Shown here: positions 1 to 8,876 of the stretch, piece after piece
Position numbering within the stretch: position 1 is the first letter of the stretch
Layout: every line of letters begins with the position of its first letter
Source: an uncultured candidate division Zixibacteria bacterium
Lineage (GTDB): Bacteria; Zixibacteria; MSB-5A5; GN15; FEB-12
NCBI GenBank assembly: GCA_963806185.1
Contig: CAWDXE010000007.1
Location: 320,001-384,000, forward strand
Direction of reading: 5' to 3'
Length of the DNA: 64,000 nt
Notes under the pieces: model-generated
The model's database searches: none
Seen by the model: only the letters and a program-made list of their open reading frames with translations
Told to the model about the DNA's origin: nothing
Translations under genes and position numbers: made by a program

Positions 1-342
1 GGCCGGACGGGTAATGAGATCATAAAGGGTGTCATCGGAGAATTGTCTCGAGATACATCAACGTCGGGTGCGGCCGATATCGTACGAGACTTGGCGGCGA
101 AAAGCGTCGTGCCGAACTACGACTACGGCCAGGTTTCCCTCAGTGACGTAGACGAATTCGGATCACAACTGAGTCGGTTACTCATGGTGGACTATGGCTG
201 TTTCCCTCTGTTTCGTCCTACCGTTGTGTTGCGGACCAAGCCGACCGTGCGAGGCCTGCGCTTTGGACTCGATCAGGAACTGGATTTCCGAGAGACATTC
301 AAAATTGTATTCCCTCACGATTCGCTCGGGAGCACCCCGTGA
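1..342 (+). CDS. Partial (5'-truncated) protein, possibly the C-terminus of an ABC solute-binding (family 5-like) protein
   Basis: Frame is open from base 1 to TGA at 340-342, which overlaps the kinase GTG. LLMVDYGCFPLF...VRGL loosely resembles SBP family 5 C-termini. Confidence 0.4.
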   Translation, partial: GRTGNEIIKGVIGELSRDTSTSGAADIVRDLAAKSVVPNYDYGQVSLSDVDEFGSQLSRLLMVDYGCFPLFRPTVVLRTKPTVRGLRFGLDQELDFRETFKIVFPHDSLGSTP

Positions 343-1967
343 CCTTCTCCGCCAAGATTCGCTGGTACCTCCTCGGAGTCGCTCTGCTGCCGCCGCTCAT
401 CGTGTTATCCGTCCTGGTGATTCATGTCAATTCACAGATCGAAGCCGCCGAAATGAGACGAGCAGTCGAGAAGGTGCAGACATACGAGCAATATCGTACG
501 GCTTATCTCGCCGCCCTCCGAACTACTATCGACCGCGCCGTTAGCTCTCCCGATTTCCAGGCGGCCCTCCGGGTTGTCACCGATGGGAGAACGACGGGCG
601 GGCCGGTCGCTCCCCTTGACGGCCTTGATTTCCTCGAAGTACTCGACCAGAGCGGATCGGTCGTCGCCTCCATGACCCGCCCCGGGATGATAGGGGAGAA
701 GCTTCCTGGTTTTCCGCTCATCGATTCGCTGGCCGGTCTCACCACGCTCGAATATGACCGTGAGGGAGCCCATCCGTCGTTTGCGCTGGTCCTTCCCGTC
801 GGCGCCAATTCATTGGTGTACGCCGGTCGCTACCTGTCGAACGGGTTTCTCGGAACTCTTCCCGGTATCATGCACGCCGAACCGGCAGTGTTCGTCGCCG
901 CCGATGACAGCGTACCTGACGACGTGCAAGCTCTCTCTGCTGGGAAGCCGAGGCGTGAGTCATCGGCCTTCCTCGCCTTGCTTGAGGGCGGCCAATCGAC
1001 CGGTTTCTATCTGGTGGCCTCGCTGCCCATCGGGGAAGAGCGCCCCGCCTTTCTCGCGGTGATTCGCACCACTTCCTGGGTGACTGTCTTCTCGACCCTC
1101 ATCGCTCTCGGACTCGGATTTTATCTATCGTGGCAGACCAGGCGCGAAATCAGGAATCTGATTGAGGCAACAACCCGGGTGGCAAATGGTGATCTGTCGA
1201 CGGCGGTAATGTCATTCGAAGAAGGCGAATTCGCCGCGCTGGCTGATTCCTTCAGCCGGATGGTGACCCAACTTAAGGAATCGCAGGGACGACTGGCTGC
1301 CACGCAGACGATCGCGGCCTGGCAGACGATGGGACGCAAGATCGCGCACGAAGTCAAGAATCCCCTCACGCCGATCGCCATCTGTGCCGACGATCTGCGC
1401 CGATCGTATCAGGAAGGGTTACCCGGCTTCGAAAAAACACTCGAAGCAAATACCCGGACTATTAAGAATGAGGTCGCCCGACTGACTCACTTGCTGGACG
1501 AATTCTCCCGCTTTGCCCGCATGGCCCCGCCCCACAAGGTCGAGGTGGAGTTGTCGCGCTTTCTCGCCGAACTCCGGGAATTGTACGCGCCTCAGATGGA
1601 GACTGGTCAGATCGTAATCGTCGATTCCACCACCCGGCGGTTTCATCAGTTTGATCCGCACCAAATCAAGCAAGTCCTGATCAATTGCATAAAGAACAGC
1701 CTTGAGGCGAACGCCAAGTCGCATGTCACTATCACGTTCTCCGACGCCGCTGAATGTATCGAGTGCAAAGTGGAAGACACCGGTCCCGGCTTCTCACCCG
1801 ACCAACTGGCGCAGCGGTTCGAGCCGTATCTGTCGTCCAAGCGTGACGGCAGCGGTCTGGGGCTGGTCATCTGTCAGCGCATCATCATTGATCACGGCGG
1901 TACAATTGACATGTACAACCTGCCCGAGAGAGGAGCGGGAGTGCAGTTCACTCTCCCGAAATGCTGA
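339..1967 (+). CDS. Membrane sensor histidine kinase, NtrY-like (2 TM, HAMP, HisKA, HATPase)
   Basis: H-box AHEVKNPLTPI, N-box QVLINCIKNS, G1 DTGPG, G2 GSGLGL; HAMP motif EFAALADSFSRM. Confidence 0.93.
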   Translation: MTFSAKIRWYLLGVALLPPLIVLSVLVIHVNSQIEAAEMRRAVEKVQTYEQYRTAYLAALRTTIDRAVSSPDFQAALRVVTDGRTTGGPVAPLDGLDFLEVLDQSGSVVASMTRPGMIGEKLPGFPLIDSLAGLTTLEYDREGAHPSFALVLPVGANSLVYAGRYLSNGFLGTLPGIMHAEPAVFVAADDSVPDDVQALSAGKPRRESSAFLALLEGGQSTGFYLVASLPIGEERPAFLAVIRTTSWVTVFSTLIALGLGFYLSWQTRREIRNLIEATTRVANGDLSTAVMSFEEGEFAALADSFSRMVTQLKESQGRLAATQTIAAWQTMGRKIAHEVKNPLTPIAICADDLRRSYQEGLPGFEKTLEANTRTIKNEVARLTHLLDEFSRFARMAPPHKVEVELSRFLAELRELYAPQMETGQIVIVDSTTRRFHQFDPHQIKQVLINCIKNSLEANAKSHVTITFSDAAECIECKVEDTGPGFSPDQLAQRFEPYLSSKRDGSGLGLVICQRIIIDHGGTIDMYNLPERGAGVQFTLPKC

Positions 1968-3286
1968 TGGCTCGTATTTTGATTATAGATGACGAGGACG
2001 GCATCCGATCGTCACTGCGATCCGCGCTCGATAAGCGGGGTCACGACGTCGTGACCGCTGCCACCTACCGCGAAGGATTCTCGTTCTCGTCCGCTAACTT
2101 CGACCTTGTTTTGCTCGATGTCTTTCTGCCCGACGGCAACGGCGTCGACCTTCTTGCGGCCATTCTCGCGCGCCATCCGAAACAACTGGTGGTGATGATT
2201 TCCGGTCACGCCGACGTAGACACGGCGGTCAAGGCAATTCGCCTTGGTGCGTACGATTTCATTGAGAAGCCGCTCTCGCTTGACCGGATATTGATTACCG
2301 TAGACAATGCGGCCAAGGCCGGTCGTCTTGTGACTGAACGCGATCGCCTGGCTAATCTCGTCTACGGCGATCTGGTCGGAGACAGTTCGGGCATACGCAA
2401 GGTGAAGGAATCAATCGAGCGATCCGCCCCCAAAACGAACAGGTTTCTTATTCTCGGGGAGAATGGGACGGGCAAAGAGCTGGTGGCCCATTTGATCCAC
2501 CGCCGAAGCAAGAATGCCGAAGGCCCGTTTATTGCCGTGAACTGTGCCGCCCTGCCGTCGGAGCTGGTCGAGTCTGAGTTGTTCGGTCACACTCAGGGGG
2601 CCTTTACCGGCGCCACCCAGGCCCGAAAGGGGCGATTTCTCGAAGCCCACACCGGCACGATCTTCCTTGATGAGATCAGTGAAATGTCGACAGAAGTGCA
2701 GGCTAAGATCCTGCGCGTGCTTGAAACCCGGGAGGTATCTCCCGTTGGCTCTGACAAGACGTTGTCTGTCGATTGCATCGTCATTGCCGCCTCCAATCGC
2801 AATCTCGATGAGTTGGTGGCCGAGGGCCGGTTTCGCGAGGATCTCTATTATCGTCTGAATGTCGTCGCCATTGTCCTGCCGCCCCTGCGCGAACGCCGGG
2901 ATGACATCCCGACACTCGCCGATCACTTCCTGCAGAAGTTTGCCCGCGAGAGCGGCGGCGAGACGAAACGCCTCGCGCCCGAGGCCCTGACCCTCGTCTC
3001 CAATTTGCACTTTGCGGGGAATATCCGGGAACTGAAAAACCTCATGGAGCGGGCGCATATCTACTGCGATGGACTGATCGTCAGTGCCGATTCCATTCGC
3101 CCACTTCTGCCGCTCACCACCGCCGGAAAGATCCGTCGGCTCAAGGAAGTCGTCGATGAATTCGAACTGCAGTACATCAACTCGGCCCTCGATCGGAACA
3201 ACGGCAACATGGCCGAAACCGCACGTCAGCTGGGACTGGAACGATCTCATCTATACAAGAAGCTGCGCCGACAGGACCCGGAGTAG
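1967..3286 (+). CDS. Sigma54-dependent response regulator, NtrX/NtrC family (REC-AAA+-Fis HTH)
   Basis: ILIIDDE receiver, [24 protein letters not shown]-terminal HTH; TGATG coupling to the kinase. Confidence 0.95.
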   Translation: MARILIIDDEDGIRSSLRSALDKRGHDVVTAATYREGFSFSSANFDLVLLDVFLPDGNGVDLLAAILARHPKQLVVMISGHADVDTAVKAIRLGAYDFIEKPLSLDRILITVDNAAKAGRLVTERDRLANLVYGDLVGDSSGIRKVKESIERSAPKTNRFLILGENGTGKELVAHLIHRRSKNAEGPFIAVNCAALPSELVESELFGHTQGAFTGATQARKGRFLEAHTGTIFLDEISEMSTEVQAKILRVLETREVSPVGSDKTLSVDCIVIAASNRNLDELVAEGRFREDLYYRLNVVAIVLPPLRERRDDIPTLADHFLQKFARESGGETKRLAPEALTLVSNLHFAGNIRELKNLMERAHIYCDGLIVSADSIRPLLPLTTAGKIRRLKEVVDEFELQYINSALDRNNGNMAETARQLGLERSHLYKKLRRQDPE

Positions 3287-3349
3287 ACCGTTTAAAATGG
3301 AAACGGCAGGTTGCCGCCCAACCTGCCAGTTTCCAGCTAACCAGTGCCC

Positions 3350-6001
3350 TTACGACACTGGAATCCAGTAGGCGATCTTCAACGCCACAATGTCTGATCC
3401 CTCGCCGGTGAAGCCGTCGAAAAACGTCGATGGCCTCGCCAGCCGGCCGATATCTTCCTGCTTCTCCAGATTTCTCTGCCATACAAAGTACGCCGTGCTC
3501 CCCGGCAGGAACTCCCATCGCAGGACCACACTGCTGCGGAAAGAACGGAAGCCAAAATCCCCATAGAATCCCTGATCGGGACCGATGGAAAACGAATTTC
3601 CGTTATCGGTCACGCTGTACGACCCATCGGCATTCTTCGAGATCGTCGTCCCGGCGGCCTCACCGTACTGCACGAGCTCGTGGCCGTTAGGAGCATATAG
3701 CTCGCCGAAGTCGTGATACCTGCCGCTGGCCGCGAATGGCTCCGTGTAAGCTTCGAGACTCAAGTCAGGGGAGAAGAAGTAGTTGGCACGAATCTGGAAC
3801 CGGAAAGTGCTGCGCTCAATACGCGAGAATACGTAGCGTGAACCGTACGTGCGCTCTCCGCCCCCGCCGTCACCGATGGTCGCGACATACTGGCGCGGCT
3901 GATCCTCGTGCTGCCAACTCGGTTCAAAGGACAACTGCGTACGCGTCCCCAGACGGGCCGACACGTACGGCTGAACCCGGTACAACCAGCCCTGCAATTG
4001 GTCGACTCCATAATTTGCGGAACAGCCGAATCGAAAAGTCGACGTATACGGATTATCGAAGCCGCCCTCAATCGAGACGCCGGCCTCGTTTTGCATCGAC
4101 GGCCCGCCCCGGGTCTTGTTGTCATCCTGCCCGGTTATCTGATGATTGATATTGCCGTATACTACGTAGTAGTTCTGTAATGTCGCCTCGAGGTGCAGAT
4201 TGACCTCGCTGAATTGTCGCACCAGACCGTAGTTGTAACTCTGATCCCACGACAATTCGGTGTAGTAGTCCCGGTACCACGAGTCGGGTTTGTTTTCCCG
4301 ATAGGCGATGTGTCCCCACTCCTGGATCCAGTCAGTCGAACCCTCAATGCCGGCGTCATTAATTTCAAAGCCCGGAGACGCCGTGCCAAAGCCGCCCCCC
4401 CACAACCAGTGTTCACCGCCACGCTTGCCCCCGCGGATCTCCGCCGTCATGCCATTGAGCGAAGTCCTCATTGAGTCGAACAACACGTAGTTTGCGTCCG
4501 GCCTCTGGTAATAGCGGGCGCTGGACTGCTGCGTTCGGGCAATGGCATGTGCATCACCCGCGATGTGACTTCCGCCTACATACCCGATCATGTCGTACTT
4601 TCCCCCTTGGAAACGTATATTCCAATCGGCCATACCGGCATACGACTGCCGCCGGTAAATGTCTCTCAACCCTTGCTCATCACCCAGATCTCGTTGCAGG
4701 CCAGTAACGAGAAGCCCGATTGTCGACGCATTCCTGCCGAGTTCCTTCTGCACTCTCGCGGCCTGATAGCCGGTAAGCGGTTCGATCTGAATGTCCGTCG
4801 TCTTTTGTGCCGCCGTGTCATAGACGCGGGCGTACTCGCGGCCGGTGACCGCCGTCATGGCGCCAATCGTCAGTCCATTCTCCAGACGACCGGTTACTTT
4901 GGCCGCGCCCAAAATGGTCGTAGCGTTGGGGCGGTCTATGAAATCCCCCGAGACAAATCGTCGCGGTGCGGTGCCAATGCGGCGCGAATAGAAAAACGTC
5001 GGTCCCGCCGGTTGAAGGATCTGGCTTCCCTCGGTGAAGAACGGACGCCGTTCGTCAAAAAACGTCTCGTAGGCTGAGAGATTAACCTCCGCCGGGTCGA
5101 GCTCGACCTGACCGAAGTCGGGATTGAAAGTCGCATCCAACGTCAGGTTCGGCCCCATTCCCATCTTGAGATCGGCCCCAAGCCGGCCCGTGTAGTCCCG
5201 ACCGTCCGAAAACGGATTCCCATGGTAGTTGCCATCGGTCACGGATGCTTCGCCGGCCGAGTACGGAAGTAGTTCAAGACGGCGGGACGGGGCGATCCCC
5301 TCAAGCCCCGTTAACTCGCCAAAACGCGATGCCCAACCCGTCTCGTTTTTGGGGACGTATATCCAGAACACGTCTTCATTTCTCTCGGGAATCCAGCGAT
5401 TGAAATTGATCCCCCAGACCTGAACCGTCTCGTGTGAGAAGCGGAGTTGCGAAAACGGTATCTCCATCTCGGCGATCCAGCAGTCAGCCTGTCTGGACGT
5501 GTGGCCGTGCCAAACCGGATCGAACGAGTAATCGCGGACATTCTCGTTGTCTTCGGGATTGTACCGATCGAACCTGACCCCCGCCGTGTTGATACCGAAG
5601 CCGTACCCGGTGCGACGGTCGTGGTAACTGTCTATCGTCACGATGAACTGCTCGGCCGGTCCCTGATTGTCGCGCCGGTCGAGGTGCATTCGAAGCAGTT
5701 TCGGATCGGCACAATACATTCGTGCCGCGACATACAACGAATGATCATCATAGGCAACCGCGACTTCGGTCTTCTCTTGCGGCGTGCCCCCTTCGACCGG
5801 ATTCTTCTGTAGGAAGTCCGACCTGAACTCAGCGTGCTTCCAGACGGGGTCGTCGAGGCTGCCGTCGATCACTGGTGACACGCCTTTCGTAGCCCTGATT
5901 TGTTTGGTTGTTCCAGTCTGAGACCTCACGGTAACGGTCAGAGCGACTAGCGTGAGACAGGTGGCTACGACGCACCTGAGAAGAACTGAACGGGTCATCA
6001 A
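3350..6001 (-). CDS. Exported CBM9-like / DUF5916 family protein (putative outer-membrane protein)
   Basis: Signal peptide, PVIDGSLDDPVW, WIAEMEIPFSQLRF, NPDFGQVELD, FFDERRPFF and FFYSRRIG motifs. Confidence 0.8.
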   Translation of the reverse strand: MMTRSVLLRCVVATCLTLVALTVTVRSQTGTTKQIRATKGVSPVIDGSLDDPVWKHAEFRSDFLQKNPVEGGTPQEKTEVAVAYDDHSLYVAARMYCADPKLLRMHLDRRDNQGPAEQFIVTIDSYHDRRTGYGFGINTAGVRFDRYNPEDNENVRDYSFDPVWHGHTSRQADCWIAEMEIPFSQLRFSHETVQVWGINFNRWIPERNEDVFWIYVPKNETGWASRFGELTGLEGIAPSRRLELLPYSAGEASVTDGNYHGNPFSDGRDYTGRLGADLKMGMGPNLTLDATFNPDFGQVELDPAEVNLSAYETFFDERRPFFTEGSQILQPAGPTFFYSRRIGTAPRRFVSGDFIDRPNATTILGAAKVTGRLENGLTIGAMTAVTGREYARVYDTAAQKTTDIQIEPLTGYQAARVQKELGRNASTIGLLVTGLQRDLGDEQGLRDIYRRQSYAGMADWNIRFQGGKYDMIGYVGGSHIAGDAHAIARTQQSSARYYQRPDANYVLFDSMRTSLNGMTAEIRGGKRGGEHWLWGGGFGTASPGFEINDAGIEGSTDWIQEWGHIAYRENKPDSWYRDYYTELSWDQSYNYGLVRQFSEVNLHLEATLQNYYVVYGNINHQITGQDDNKTRGGPSMQNEAGVSIEGGFDNPYTSTFRFGCSANYGVDQLQGWLYRVQPYVSARLGTRTQLSFEPSWQHEDQPRQYVATIGDGGGGERTYGSRYVFSRIERSTFRFQIRANYFFSPDLSLEAYTEPFAASGRYHDFGELYAPNGHELVQYGEAAGTTISKNADGSYSVTDNGNSFSIGPDQGFYGDFGFRSFRSSVVLRWEFLPGSTAYFVWQRNLEKQEDIGRLARPSTFFDGFTGEGSDIVALKIAYWIPVS

Positions 6002-6123
6002 ATCCTCCGACCGGTTTTACGGCTGGCCTGCTGGCCCGGGCAGACTTTGCCGGCCCCCTGCGCCTTGCGGCAAGGCCAGGGACGTGATGTGTTGATCAGG
6101 ACTCCGTGAGGCTCAGACGAATA

Positions 6124-6150
6124 TACGTTAGCGCTTACCAAAAGGTTTCG
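6124..6150 (-). promoter_or_regulatory. ECF sigma-type promoter GAAAC-N17-CGTA upstream of the DUF5916 gene
   Basis: Minus strand reads cGAAACCTTTTggtaagcgctaaCGTA, about 120 bp upstream of the start. Confidence 0.5.
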
Positions 6151-6486
6151 TCCGGCGTTCACGATTGAATCACGTGAACGGATTCCAAGTTCAATTGACC
6201 GCTGTTCTTTGATGATAAAGGTCGCCATCGCCGCCGTCCATTATGAAGCAAAACCTTAGATAGCGAGCCTATCATGTTGTTGGCCAAATGAATTGCACTA
6301 CAGCTCACCCGCCCCGACTGGGAGGCTGAATGTGAGCCCGGGACGATCGAACGAACTTGCGACATGGAACGACTGTATCTATATTCGACCTGGAGTTTGA
6401 CCCTGAACATTCACGCTGAAAGTAAAACCAAGAAGAGATGACCGGGAGACTCAACGTGCCCGGCAAATTCACGGAGGATTCTGCAA

Positions 6487-7062
6487 ATGCGAAAACTCAC
6501 ACTCTTGCTCGCCGCTCTGACTCTTATGCTGGCGGCTGTTGTGGTAGCCGAAGAGCCCAAGAAGCCCGAAGCCCCGGCCGGTATGGAAGGCATGCCGCAA
6601 ATGGGAGCGACTGAGGAGGTCAAGAAGCTGGCGGTTGATATGGTAGGCGACTGGGACGTGACCATGAAGATGCGCATGGGACCAACCGAGCCCTGGATGG
6701 AAAGCAAGGGCACCTGCAAGTGGGAAGCCATTCTGGACGGAAGCGTGCTGCAACAGACGTATGAGAGTCCGGTCATGGGTATGCCTTTCAAAGGCATTGG
6801 CTGGCTGGCGTACAACCGTGAGACCAAGATGTGGACCAACGCCTGGGCGGACAACTTTGGCGGCACCGTCTCGTTTTACCTCGGCAAGACCGTCGGCGAA
6901 AAGATTGTCTTTGAAGGTAAGGAAACGATGATGGGGAAGGAGTACTTCACCCGCATGACCACCACGACGGTCAAGCCCGGGACGATCGAGTGGAACTCGG
7001 AGACTTCTGAAGACGGCAAGACCTATTGGATCTCGATGGAAGCTACTTACACCAAAAAATAA
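6487..7062 (+). CDS. Exported DUF1579 family protein
   Basis: Signal peptide; MVGDWDVTMKM, ILDGSVLQQ, PFKGIGWLAYN and WADNFG motifs; RBS ggagg. Confidence 0.8.
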   Translation: MRKLTLLLAALTLMLAAVVVAEEPKKPEAPAGMEGMPQMGATEEVKKLAVDMVGDWDVTMKMRMGPTEPWMESKGTCKWEAILDGSVLQQTYESPVMGMPFKGIGWLAYNRETKMWTNAWADNFGGTVSFYLGKTVGEKIVFEGKETMMGKEYFTRMTTTTVKPGTIEWNSETSEDGKTYWISMEATYTKK

Positions 7063-7089
7063 TCCCCACAAAACGAGTGGTGATTGCAG

Positions 7090-7118
7090 CGCGGAAGAGG
7101 AATCTTCCGCGTTTTTTT
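7090..7118 (+). terminator. Intrinsic terminator
   Basis: cgcggaaga-ggaa-tcttccgcg followed by T7. Confidence 0.85.
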
Positions 7119-7284
7119 GTCCCAACTCGCGATCCTGCTTGTGGCGTCGACTGTCCGATTTTTGCGCACGCTTTCTCCTAACTTCCTGTGGGTTTCCGTC
7201 GATATATGGGACGAATACCGCACCACCGGTATTCCCTGGTTGATACAACCGGGAGGAAGGTGACACGGACCACAGGGAGAGAAT

Positions 7285-8655
7285 ATGCCGAATATTCTTG
7301 TAGTCGACGACAAGGACTCCATGCGCAACATGTTGGCGGAAACCCTGGCCGAGGAAGGTCATCGGGTTGACGCGGTCGACGACGGTCAGAAGGCGCTCGA
7401 CCTGGTGCGCAATAAATCGTACGACCTGGTATTGACCGATCTGAAAATGCCCAACGTAGACGGTCTCGAAGTGCTCTCTGCGGTCAAGGAAATCGATTCC
7501 GAAACATCCGTAATCGTGATGACCGCCTTTGGTACGATCGAAGACGCCGTTGCCGCCATGAAAAAGGGCGCCTTCGATTTCATCACCAAACCGTTCGATA
7601 CCGAACACCTCTGCGTGCTGGTGAACCGGGCGCTGGAAAATCGGCGGATGGTGGCCGAAAATTCGTTGCTGCGAGAACAGCTCATGGCCGACCAGGGAAT
7701 CGCCAATATCATCGGCAAGAACGACAAGATGATCGAACTCTGCGGTCTCATTCAGAAGGTCGCCAAGTCCGATGCGTCGGTGCTGTTGCAGGGCGAATCG
7801 GGAACCGGGAAGGAGCTCTTCGCTCGGGCGATTCACTCTCTGTCCAATCGGAAAGACAAACCGTATATCGCCATCAACTGCGCCGCTATCCCCGGCGAAC
7901 TGCTGGAGAATGAACTCTTCGGTTCCGAGAAAGGTGCCTTTACCGGGGCCCATGCCCGTAAGATGGGCAAATTCGAAATCGCCTCGACCGGCACCGTATT
8001 TCTCGACGAAATCGGCGACATGGATATTCAACTGCAGGCCAAACTCCTGCGAGTGCTGCAGCAGAAGAATTTTGAACGACTGGGCGGGACCAAGACGGTG
8101 GATGTCGACGTCCGCATCATCGCTGCCACCAACATGGATCTAAAGCAGCTCATTACCGAAAAGAGATTTCGCGAAGACCTTTACTATCGTCTCTCCGTGT
8201 TCCCGCTGGTCATTCCGCCGCTGCGCGAACGACGCGACGACATTCCGGCCATCGCTGAGTATTTCATTGAGAAATATTGTCGCGAGCTGAAGAAGCCGAC
8301 CAAATCGCTCACGCGCGAAGCTTTGGACCTGCTGGAGAAGTATCATTGGCCGGGAAACGTGCGCGAACTTGAGAATACAATCGAGCGCGCCGTCATCCTG
8401 GCCGATCAGAAGAAGATCTCGCCGGAGCAACTGGCCGTTCGACTTCAACGCACCGAGGATATCCAGCTCCGCGACGGTGCCGGCCTGAAAGACATTGGCG
8501 CCCACGCCCAGATGCAGGCCGAACGCTCGACTATTCTGCGCGTGCTCAAGCAGGTGCGCGGCAATAAACGCAAATGCGCACAAGTACTTAAGATAGACTA
8601 CACGACGCTTTTCGATAAGATCAAGAAGTACGATATCGAGAAGGACCTGGTGTAG
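7285..8655 (+). CDS. Orphan sigma54-dependent response regulator (AtoC/ZraR/NtrC family)
   Basis: ILVVDD receiver, [25 protein letters not shown]-terminal HTH; no adjacent kinase. Confidence 0.95.
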   Translation: MPNILVVDDKDSMRNMLAETLAEEGHRVDAVDDGQKALDLVRNKSYDLVLTDLKMPNVDGLEVLSAVKEIDSETSVIVMTAFGTIEDAVAAMKKGAFDFITKPFDTEHLCVLVNRALENRRMVAENSLLREQLMADQGIANIIGKNDKMIELCGLIQKVAKSDASVLLQGESGTGKELFARAIHSLSNRKDKPYIAINCAAIPGELLENELFGSEKGAFTGAHARKMGKFEIASTGTVFLDEIGDMDIQLQAKLLRVLQQKNFERLGGTKTVDVDVRIIAATNMDLKQLITEKRFREDLYYRLSVFPLVIPPLRERRDDIPAIAEYFIEKYCRELKKPTKSLTREALDLLEKYHWPGNVRELENTIERAVILADQKKISPEQLAVRLQRTEDIQLRDGAGLKDIGAHAQMQAERSTILRVLKQVRGNKRKCAQVLKIDYTTLFDKIKKYDIEKDLV

Positions 8656-8678
8656 TCACCCACACGGTAAATTACGGT

Positions 8679-8711
8679 AAAAGCCGTCCCCTTTCAGGGG
8701 CGGTTTTTTTT
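8679..8711 (+). terminator. Intrinsic terminator
   Basis: gccgtcccc-tttca-ggggcggt followed by a T run. Confidence 0.75.
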
Positions 8712-8876
8712 GGCTCAAATTAGAGTTGACCAAACACTCTAGTTTGTGTTATCGTCTAGTAGTAGAACGTCCGTTCGAAGATTATTGCTCGATATATATG
8801 GTCCGGGGCCCCTCCTCGCCACTGGCGGAAAAGCAGACATCACTTCTTGGGCATGGAGCCCGGTAGGAGTCACACA

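Noticed and set aside
6281..6297. Sigma54 promoter TGGCCAAATGAATTGCA
   Set aside because: GG to GC spacing is 11, not the required 10; the candidate near 18334-18351 has spacing 12.
6469..8031. 520-aa antisense ORF
   Set aside because: Shadow frame opposite two well-supported genes, with no motifs; common in GC-rich DNA.
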